Of a stretch of 32,000 nt of DNA, positions 1-7,775 are shown piece by piece (positions within the stretch are counted from its first letter, which is position 1; every line of letters begins with the position of its first letter). A program made the translations under genes and the position numbers. Origin of the DNA: Aliivibrio fischeri ES114 (GTDB lineage: Bacteria; Pseudomonadota; Gammaproteobacteria; Enterobacterales; Vibrionaceae); NCBI RefSeq assembly GCF_000011805.1, contig NC_006841.2. One strand, 5' to 3'. The notes beneath the pieces were generated by a model. The model was not told the origin of the DNA, ran no database searches, and worked only from the letters and a program-made list of their open reading frames with translations.

Positions 1-551
1 CCAGAGTTTTGTTTGAAACTTTTCAGGATCTATTGTACTTACCATTTCATCTTTACAAATGACTAAGTGATGTGGAAGTACCGAGTCTTGAGCGTCTAAA
101 GGAATAGCTCGATCTAACTGAATGCGAGTAATATTGGTTAATACAACGCCATACCCATAAGGAAGACACAAGTTACCTTTATATTTCCCATCTTGATTTA
201 TAAGTAAGTTATCTCGTTTTAGTTTATCTATGACTTGATAACTACATTGACGTACTTGCTCAATAGGATTACTTGTTGTTTCAATGCCTTTTGATGTTAG
301 TAATTCGACACGAGACGCATCTATATTTCTGATAGTATCAAGTTTCCAATCTTTTACTTCAAGAAATAGTAACCCACGTGCGGGATGTAAGATAATGAAA
401 TCAGGGTAACGTCGTTGGCGTCCAACAGGGATGTCATACCAACATATGTAATCATCCTCTAATAAGTTTTCAACACGTTGCGCGAAACGTTTTTCTCCTG
501 CCGTCATTTTAGATAAACAGGTATTTAATGTTGGTATTAGTTCAGCCATTT
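1..551 (-). CDS. NERD (nuclease-related) domain protein, N-terminal portion only, truncated by the window edge; possibly a NERD-helicase
   Basis: Manual reverse-strand translation from ATG (complement of 549-551) is open to the edge: MAELIPTLNTCLSKMTAGEKRFAQRVENLLEDDYICWYDIPVGRQRRYPDFIILHPARGLLFLEVKDWKLD... The PDFIILHPxRGLLFLEVKDWK segment matches the NERD PD-(D/E)xK-like core. Not in the supplied ORF track because it is partial. Confidence 0.8.
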
Positions 552-819
552 ATTTGTACTACTAAGGCAATAATCTTACAATTATAAGCTTTTGTCCTAT
601 TTTAAATCGTGATCTATAACAAAATTATATAACGACTTGATAAGTATGGATTTATTTAGTTTAGATTAACTTGTTTGTTAAAGATTAAGCTATGGAATAC
701 ATTAATGGTATTTTTATAAAATCGAAATACTAAAAATGTCACTTATATCTCGTTTTTTATCATGCATCTAGATAAGATACTGATTATTAAAGTTTGATTT
801 GTATTTTTTAGGATGAAGT

Positions 820-1947
820 ATGTCTGTTGAGTATTATGTAGACAAGTTCCGTAACTTAAACATGAATAGTAATAAAGGGAGAAAGAGCCCACATAAAGTA
901 TGCATGTTACTTTCTGTTATGGACTTAATACAAGCGGGCTATATTTATAAAAATAGATTTCAACTTGATGCTACGTTAAAAGAACGTTTTACTCATTTCT
1001 TTAATGAGCGTAGGCATGAACAAGACCGAGATACTCCAGAGAATCCTTTTTTTCACCTTAAAAGTGAAGGTTTTTGGCATTTAGCTTATCAAGATGGTAT
1101 TGATGCTTCTCTTGTTAAAGGATACTCCGCTAAAGCTATTAATTATGCTTATTTGGATGATGAGCTATTTGATTACTTAAAAAGTATAATTGTTGTTAAT
1201 GATTTAAAAGATGCATTAGTTGAAAATTTATCTGATTTAACTGACCTTTACACTCAATGGTTGATTGATGTTGGGAAGTCAGAAAAAACTGCTAAAAATT
1301 ACTCTCAAGCGATTAGAGGTTCTATTTCAAATTGGATGATACAAGAGAATATTTTGGAAGAACCATTAACAAAAGTGAAGTCTTTTCGTGAGTTTTGTCG
1401 GCTATCTGAAACTGCTCGCTCTCTTGAGAAGTTTAAAAAGTTTAATGCAAACGGAAATCATATGTATAGCGCTGCATTAAATTCATATCAGCGCTTTTTA
1501 GCAGATTTATCGCAAGTTGATGTAAAAGCAGATATTCAAGAAATTTTTGAGGATAACAAACTTACCCAAACGGAAAAAACCATTATGGTTAATACTCGTA
1601 TGGGACAGGGGACATTTAGAAAGCAACTAATAGAAATGTGGAAAGGCTGCTCTGTTACTGGATATAAGAACACTCAGATGCTTGTTGCTTCTCATATAAA
1701 ACCATGGCGTGAAGCTAATAATACAGAACGTTTAGATAAATATAATGGACTACTGTTACTTGCTAATTTAGATAAAGCATTCGATCTTGGTTTTATCTCT
1801 TTTCAAAATTCAGGAAAATTAATGATATCGAGTCAATTGGAGGCTCCAGAGGTATTAGGGCTTAGAGATGATATGATCTTTAATGTTCACCGTGAGCATA
1901 AAAAGTATTTAGACCATCATCGTAAAATTTTATTCAAAGGTTTTTAG
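820..1947 (+). CDS. HNH endonuclease, putative restriction or defence nuclease
   Basis: 375 aa ORF with 'aggatgaagt' upstream of ATG. C-terminal HNH motif: CSVTGYKNTQMLVASHIKPWREANNTERLDKYNGLLLLANLDKAFDLGFISF. N-terminal NMNSNKGRKSPHKVCMLLSVMDLI resembles N-terminal domains of McrA-like restriction enzymes. The centre resembles a tyrosine-recombinase core-binding (SAM-like) fold. Confidence 0.85.
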   Translation: MSVEYYVDKFRNLNMNSNKGRKSPHKVCMLLSVMDLIQAGYIYKNRFQLDATLKERFTHFFNERRHEQDRDTPENPFFHLKSEGFWHLAYQDGIDASLVKGYSAKAINYAYLDDELFDYLKSIIVVNDLKDALVENLSDLTDLYTQWLIDVGKSEKTAKNYSQAIRGSISNWMIQENILEEPLTKVKSFREFCRLSETARSLEKFKKFNANGNHMYSAALNSYQRFLADLSQVDVKADIQEIFEDNKLTQTEKTIMVNTRMGQGTFRKQLIEMWKGCSVTGYKNTQMLVASHIKPWREANNTERLDKYNGLLLLANLDKAFDLGFISFQNSGKLMISSQLEAPEVLGLRDDMIFNVHREHKKYLDHHRKILFKGF

Positions 1948-2520
1948 TTTTATTAGAATTGCATTTAACCATTTTTCATTGGCACGATTAGGGCGCAAAT
2001 CTTCAGTTATCCATGTTTTTTTAATTGATAATTGAGACTTTTTAAGTAGGTCATTAAGTAAGGTTTCATTTAGATTTGTGAAACTACGACCATTACGCTC
2101 TACTTCACAGTCACCGTATTTGAATGAACAATAAAAAAGACCTTCTTGCTTTAAGAAATGAGCTAAATGATGAAATGTTTTTTCTAATTCATTCATAGGG
2201 ACATGAAGTAAAGATGCACATGCCCAAATCGCATCTTGGCTGGCTTTTTTTGTATTAAAATCCAAAAATGTAGAGTGTAAAATCGGATGCTGTGTGTATT
2301 GTTGTGCAAGAGTGATTAATTCTTCACTAGCATCGAAAGCCGTAACACGATAGTTTTTATTTAAGAAATATAAAGTATCTCGTCCTGAACCACATCCAAC
2401 ATCAAGGATTTTAGCGTGTGTAGGTAGGTAAGGAAGGAGTTCTTTGTAGAGAGATTCCACATTTACCTCAACTGTACCATTAAAAAAAGTAAGTGCATTT
2501 TCGTTATAATAATTAGTCAT
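1930..2520 (-). CDS. class I SAM-dependent methyltransferase
   Basis: 196 aa ORF with motif I ILDVGCGSGRDTLYFLNKNYRVTAFDAS and downstream DAIWACASLLHVP. The 3' end overlaps the 3' end of the convergent HNH gene by 18 bp. Confidence 0.85.
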   Translation of the reverse strand: MTNYYNENALTFFNGTVEVNVESLYKELLPYLPTHAKILDVGCGSGRDTLYFLNKNYRVTAFDASEELITLAQQYTQHPILHSTFLDFNTKKASQDAIWACASLLHVPMNELEKTFHHLAHFLKQEGLFYCSFKYGDCEVERNGRSFTNLNETLLNDLLKKSQLSIKKTWITEDLRPNRANEKWLNAILIKLKTFE

Positions 2521-2571
2521 AGCTTTATTGTAAAAAAATAAGTTAGCACTAATTTATCATTATAAGTCCCA

Positions 2572-2674
2572 TCATTTCAGTCTTTTCTTGCTAATTGTCA
2601 CTGGTGTTTTTACCGTTAGTCTCAACTCACCATTGACGCATTCACGGGTGGGAATGGCGTGTCTATCTATATCG
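2572..2674 (-). pseudogene. truncated second copy of the 3' end of the alpha/beta hydrolase gene at 3410-4444
   Basis: Reverse-strand translation DIDRHAIPTRECVNGELRLTVKTPVTISKKRLK* nearly matches the hydrolase C-terminus DIDRHAIPTRECVNGELRLTVKTPVTINKKRLKG*. At DNA level it aligns to 3413-3515 with about 11 mismatches over about 103 bp, counted by eye. Confidence 0.9.
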
Positions 2675-2686
2675 TTTTTCGTTGCA

Positions 2687-3226
2687 CTAAGAGTACCATG
2701 CTGTAATTGGAGTGAAGGTAACGCCTTTTAGATTAAGTTTTGATAATAGATGAACAATGGATTCATGTACCACGGTTACCGGACTATGACCTATTTTAAA
2801 TATAAGTCTGTCGTTGAGTGCGATAGTATGCAATTCATTAGAAAGCGATAAGCGGCGAATATTTTTTATATTCCCTCTTTTAATGGTAGCTTTTGATTTA
2901 TTTTCATCGATAAGGGATATGAAATTGATCACTTTTAATAAATAAAAATCGTTGTGAAGGCTTTCAATCTTAGCGGGTATAAGTTGAATATAGGGTAAGT
3001 TTAACGATGATAATACATGGTATATCTTCTGGTTAATGAGTATTTTGGGTGAGTAATAAACATCAGGCACTAAAAAAGAGTCGCCAATGAGTGTTATTTT
3101 ATATTGGAGTTTACTATCAGGGTGAACTAATTTTCTTTTTATTTCAATAGTTTCTGTGTATTCATTTGTCGCACTAAGTAAGCCGAATTGGCAATCTTCA
3201 CACCAAACATAATATTCGTTATTCAT
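2687..3226 (-). CDS. Imm11/DUF1629-like family protein (putative immunity protein)
   Basis: 179 aa ORF. Two segments fit the DUF1629/Imm11 layout: ILINQKIYHVLSSLNLPYIQLIPAKIESLHNDFYLLKVINFISLIDENKS and LIFKIGHSPVTVVHESIVHLLSKLNLKGVTFTPI. Family assignment is from pattern recall, not a search. Confidence 0.55.
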   Translation of the reverse strand: MNNEYYVWCEDCQFGLLSATNEYTETIEIKRKLVHPDSKLQYKITLIGDSFLVPDVYYSPKILINQKIYHVLSSLNLPYIQLIPAKIESLHNDFYLLKVINFISLIDENKSKATIKRGNIKNIRRLSLSNELHTIALNDRLIFKIGHSPVTVVHESIVHLLSKLNLKGVTFTPITAWYS

Positions 3227-3409
3227 TATTTCTTTACTCTAATACTTCGATGGTGAACGTTTAATAGGTATGTCTTTATTTTCATTACGTTATGCTTAGA
3301 GTATGTCATGAATTATGGGGTGGTGTTAAGTTAATTTAATGGCGGCTTTTTATATGTGGTAATGCTCTACGCAGATAAATCACCGATTTTGTTTTCTTAT
3401 GCTTTGGTG

Positions 3410-4444
3410 TTAGCCTTTCAGCCTTTTCTTATTGATTGTCACCGGTGTTTTTACCGTTAGTCTCAATTCGCCATTTACGCATTCACGGGTGGGAATGGCG
3501 TGCCTATCTATATCGCCTTTTAAGGTGTGAGCCAAATCTTCCATAAAGTGATTACAGTGAAAGTGCCAAGAGTGGCTCCAATTGCCTATGGTTTTGTTTT
3601 CTTCTGGCTCTGTAAGCAGTTTCCAGTGATCTCCGCAGTGCACGTTAACAAGGTTTGATGGTGCATCGCTAGGTAGTCCAACACGTCCACAACGAGGGAA
3701 TAACCCTGCTCGCTTAATGTTAGAAATTTTTAATGCGTTGTCATAAGGGCTTTGGTAGTTAGTAATTCGGCTTGATTGAGCAAACATAGGTGCAGATTTA
3801 TTGTCACATTGAGTTAATGACTTCTGTGCAATATCTCCACCAATAAAGCAGATTTGACTCACGTTCCAGTGAATTCGCTGCAAAATTCGATTTTTACTTG
3901 CTTGATAAAATGCTTCTCTAATCACATAAGCCCCTGTTGAGTGGCCTAGTAAATGAATATCAATATCGCATTGGTTTTCTTTCTCGTGCAGTTGATTTAT
4001 TGCTAATGGGGTTATGCCACCTGTCACCAGTTGAATCGCACTTTTGTAGGCATCCATTCTGTCTTCTAAGTAATTTAATGTGTAGTTCGCACAAGGCCAA
4101 TCAAAACTCACCACTGTTCCTGTATACCCATGTTGTTTTAGCTGTTTCTCAAGCAGTTTATGGCGTGAAACGATTTCATCTTGGGTGTTGTTATAGCCAT
4201 GAGCAAAAAACAGAATATTGCCGGTTTTATATTGAGCTAGGGGATGAGTATCTGGGTGGCGTCCCGTTGTGGCTTGGTTGGTTAATGCAGTTACCCATGC
4301 ATCTTGTGGCAGTTGATGTTGGTTTAAATCAGGGCTGGTTGCTTCATCTGGCAGCATTAGATAATGAGCTTCACCTGGTTCATTGGTGTGCTTTTCATTT
4401 GGAAAAAATCCGATGCGTTTGCGAGTGCTTAATATGAAGATCAT
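3410..4444 (-). CDS. alpha/beta hydrolase (DUF900/lipase-like), candidate effector
   Basis: ORF with NILFFAHGYNNTQDE (oxyanion-type HGYN) and nucleophile elbow LLGHSTGAYV (GxSxG). The track starts at TTG 4477; ATG at 4444 is preceded by CAGGGACATGAA, a plausible ribosome site. Confidence 0.75.
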   Translation of the reverse strand: MIFILSTRKRIGFFPNEKHTNEPGEAHYLMLPDEATSPDLNQHQLPQDAWVTALTNQATTGRHPDTHPLAQYKTGNILFFAHGYNNTQDEIVSRHKLLEKQLKQHGYTGTVVSFDWPCANYTLNYLEDRMDAYKSAIQLVTGGITPLAINQLHEKENQCDIDIHLLGHSTGAYVIREAFYQASKNRILQRIHWNVSQICFIGGDIAQKSLTQCDNKSAPMFAQSSRITNYQSPYDNALKISNIKRAGLFPRCGRVGLPSDAPSNLVNVHCGDHWKLLTEPEENKTIGNWSHSWHFHCNHFMEDLAHTLKGDIDRHAIPTRECVNGELRLTVKTPVTINKKRLKG

Positions 4445-4818
4445 TTCATGTCCCTGAGATGCATTAATCGTAAGCAATAAGGATAGGATGAATGAATAAT
4501 TTGAGAAGTGAAAAGATACTGAGTTGCGGATGAGAGCTAAGTGATTATGTAAAGATATGTATAGATGTATCGATTTTAAGACCCTTACTGATACTTGTAT
4601 TTATTATCATATATATCAATAGGTTAATTTTATTCTCAGTTTGTGAATCTGGTGCATATGTTTGTATTGAATAGTTTCATTTTGTCATAAAAAAAGCTCA
4701 TAATAGATTTATAAAAATAAAAGAGTAGTACAACTCAAAAACACTCACAAAAATAAAAATGCAAATATATGCATTGTGAGGCTAGGCGACATTGGCTTAC
4801 ATAACACAGGGTAACAGT

Positions 4819-4941
4819 ATGTTCTATATAAGTGATCAAAGTTCATTTATGACGTTTATGGAAATTTTAATCTCGATTCTTATCGTCGTGATAATTCCAA
4901 TGGCTTTTCATACGTTGGGGATCTTAAGAAGAAAAGAGTAA
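4819..4941 (+). CDS. putative 40 aa single-pass membrane small protein
   Basis: Manual reading: MFYISDQSSFMTFMEILISILIVVIIPMAFHTLGILRRKE*. One hydrophobic helix followed by a positively charged RRK tail; AGGG sits upstream of the ATG. Below the ORF track length cutoff. Confidence 0.35.
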   Translation: MFYISDQSSFMTFMEILISILIVVIIPMAFHTLGILRRKE

Positions 4942-4999
4942 TCCAATTTCCGTTATCATGGGGTAGAATGCATTTTTCGAATGCGTTGTTGGATGCCCC

Positions 5000-5947
5000 A
5001 TGGTTAACTATTCTCTTATTGATGTCCCTTTTAATCTAAGACATACCTGCTGGTTTTGTGGCGAGCCTTCGTATGATCTTCTCTCTTTTCCTGCGTCTTC
5101 GCATCAAGTTCATCATATATTCCATCAACCAATTGAATTACCTGCCTGCAAAGAGTGTTTGTCATTTTCATCCTCTGGCGTGTTTGAGTCTATTTGGTCT
5201 TATCGAGATAAAGTAAAACATTCATTAATGAATAAGTACGCCAAGCATTTGGGTATTGGTTTGCAATGGACAAAAGAAGAACTTGAAGAGGCAGAGTTTC
5301 ATGGTGCGGTGCTTGAAGGCTTTGGAAAAAGCGCATGGCAAATGTATGAAATAGCAAAAGCACGGATTGATTATATTGGTTGGGAGCTGTGTGTTGATGG
5401 ATCTCCACTAGAAGGAGATGAGAGTTACGGATTTGAGTTTAATGGTGTGCGCTATTTAAGTGTTCAAGCGTGTATTGATCACCATGTTAAAGCTTTGTCA
5501 TTAGATAAAATATTACTAGAAACACTAGTTGAACTTGTCGGCTCTGAGCGATTTGCTTATGGATTACGTATTGCTGAGTTAAATCGTGATATCAGTAATA
5601 AAGAGCGAAATTCTATTATTGATGAGATCCAAAAGCAGGAGCAAGACAGAGTCGATATTCTAGAAGCTGCGCAATTTGAAAATGATGATGTTACCCTTCC
5701 ATTAGTTGCTGTTGTTATGTCAGAGGCGACAGCACAGCCTGAGGCGATAGAGTGGGCGATTGAACATCAATGTGCAGATTTAGAAACCTTGATTAATATG
5801 GAAGATGCCTTTTTTGATGCGTTTGAACATTTGGGTGGGCCTACAGCGTTTGCTCTGTTCGATGGATTACAGTGGTACTTAACGGCAAGACAAGATCCTA
5901 AATGGCGTGAAGAAAATGATCCAAATGATGAGTTTTGGAACGAATAA
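5000..5947 (+). CDS. conserved hypothetical protein with N-terminal Cys/His zinc-binding-like motif
   Basis: 315 aa ORF. The N-terminus CWFCGEP...HQVHHIFHQPIELPACKEC has paired CxxC-type motifs. Acidic C-terminus. Confidence 0.7.
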   Translation: MVNYSLIDVPFNLRHTCWFCGEPSYDLLSFPASSHQVHHIFHQPIELPACKECLSFSSSGVFESIWSYRDKVKHSLMNKYAKHLGIGLQWTKEELEEAEFHGAVLEGFGKSAWQMYEIAKARIDYIGWELCVDGSPLEGDESYGFEFNGVRYLSVQACIDHHVKALSLDKILLETLVELVGSERFAYGLRIAELNRDISNKERNSIIDEIQKQEQDRVDILEAAQFENDDVTLPLVAVVMSEATAQPEAIEWAIEHQCADLETLINMEDAFFDAFEHLGGPTAFALFDGLQWYLTARQDPKWREENDPNDEFWNE

Positions 5948-5976
5948 AGTCGCTTTGAAATAGAATATTTAAAATA

Positions 5977-6014
5977 AAAGCCTTGGTGGCATAAGTGGTC
6001 ACCAAGGCTTTTTT
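5977..6014. terminator. bidirectional rho-independent terminator between convergent genes
   Basis: aaaagccttggtg-gcataagtggt-caccaaggctttttt: perfect stem with T-run (and A-run on the other side). Confidence 0.85.
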
Positions 6015-6032
6015 GATATTTATTACAATAGA

Positions 6033-7432
6033 TTACGCCCAGAAAATGGCAGCGAAACCGGTTAAGACAACAACACAAACAAGGTTTAAGTAAATACCTA
6101 CACGCATCATTTCAGATTGTTTAATATGACCAGAGCCGAAGACAATGGCATTAGGTGGTGTCGCGACTGGTAGCATGAAGGCACAAGAAGCAGAGATTGC
6201 TATCATGGCTGAAAGCACAACAGGTGAAATACCAAGAGCTTCTGCCACACTTGCAAATACTGGGATAAGCAGAGCAGCACTTGCTGTGTTACTTGCAAAC
6301 TCAGTTAAGAACACCACAAAAGCTGCAACGGTTAATATGGTAAATAATATGCCAGCTTGAGAAAGAATATCGCTCAGGCTATGCGCTAGGAAGGTACTGG
6401 TTCCGGTTGCTTTTAGGATGTTACTTAAACAGATACCACCGCCAAATAACAGTAATACACCCCAGTCAGTGGTTTTTTCAATGTCTTTCCATTGCACCAC
6501 TCGTGCAAACCCAACCAGAATGATCGCCATTAGCGCCACAATAGTATCGAATTTTGAGAACCCGCCTAGCATGGCATTAATTGGTTTGCTGAAAATCCAT
6601 AAGGTAACCGTAAGAGCAAAAATCATGAGAGTAACGACTTTGCCTTTATCCCATGCAATTGGTTCTTGGTTTAGCTCAAAGACTTCATTTAAGTTTGGTT
6701 TTAGCATGAAGTATAAAAGTGCAACTGTGGTAGGCAGTAGAACTAAAGTAACAGGTACACCAAAGGCCATCCATTCAGTAAAACTTAAACCAACTTCAGC
6801 TGCGGCAATGGCATTTGGTGGACTACCAACGATGGTTGAGATCCCGCCAATGCTGGCACAGTAAGCTATACCCAGTAAAACGAACACATAGGTATTGTGG
6901 CCTGATTTTGAATTTACTTTGTTTAATACCCCTAAAACTAACGGAAGCATCATGGCAGTAGTGGCAGTGTTACTTATCCACATTGATAGTCCTGCTGTTA
7001 CACCAAATAGCATGTAAATAGCGGTACTCATTTTACCATTTGCTAAAACCAATACTTTATCTGCAATGGCTTTGTCTAGCTCTTGTCTGTGAAGTGCGGC
7101 TGCCAGAGCAAAACCACCAAGAAAGAGGAAAATGATCGGGTTTGCGAAGTTACTGAGTGCTTTTCCGGTGTCAAAATCCCAAAACCAATGGCAAACATAG
7201 GAACTAAAAGGGCGGTGATACTAACGTGCATAGCTTCGGTGAGCCATAAAATAGCAACAAACGTTAAGATACTTAACCCAAGTACAACGTCCCTTTCAAA
7301 TGGAAGGAAGTTATACAGTAAAGCAAAAAGAACGATATCAGCGAGGATGATAAGGCTATTTTTATTTAAGAACCATTCCCTAGTATTTGTGGGTAACGGT
7401 AGATTTTCATTTTTGAGCATGACGAACTCCAT
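6033..7432 (-). pseudogene. SLC13/DASS-family anion:sodium symporter, apparently frameshifted (N-terminal ORF 7076-7432, C-terminal ORF 6033-7052)
   Basis: Both ORFs encode parts of one DASS transporter ([13 protein letters not shown] / [28 protein letters not shown]). Adding one A within the run at 7173-7176 joins them as ...[57 protein letters not shown].... The start may be the internal ATG at 7420 preceded by GGAG. Confidence 0.85.
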
Positions 7433-7716
7433 TCTAACGATGAATTTTCAGACCAACTTTCTATCAATATGTTTTGATATCACTTGTTATTGTTACAGAA
7501 TATTAACCGTAGTAAATGGAAGGTTATGAGGAGTGTCGTTTAGATCGTTTATATAATGTTGTAACTCTATTTAAGATCACGTTTTAAACAGAAAATGCAC
7601 TTTAATTGTTATTCTTGTGTTAACTGTTATTTATTTGGAAGAAGAAGTTAAAAAAAGAATTGAATTGAGAAGCTGTATTGGATTTTTTTGTTTTTTTCCT
7701 TTATTTACAGTTGGTT

Positions 7717-7757
7717 ATTTTTAATTAACGCCACCAGTTAAATGGTGACGTTAATTT
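7717..7757 (-). terminator. rho-independent terminator downstream of pflB
   Basis: Reverse strand: ATTAACGTCACCA-TTTAAC-TGGTGGCGTTAAT-TAAAAAT, a long stem followed by a short, imperfect T-rich stretch. Confidence 0.5.
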
Positions 7758-7775
7758 TACTGAGTAAAGCCCTTG

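Noticed and set aside
3937-4437. + strand 166 aa ORF opposite the hydrolase gene
   Set aside because: Antisense to a coding sequence with recognisable hydrolase motifs; the translation has no recognisable domain.
5190-6078. ORFs 5190-5408 and 5767-6078 on the minus strand
   Set aside because: Antisense to the better supported 315 aa gene; the second also crosses the convergent terminator at 5977-6014.
6145-7529. + strand ORFs 6145-6360, 6418-6864 and 7083-7529
   Set aside because: Antisense shadows of the DASS transporter gene.
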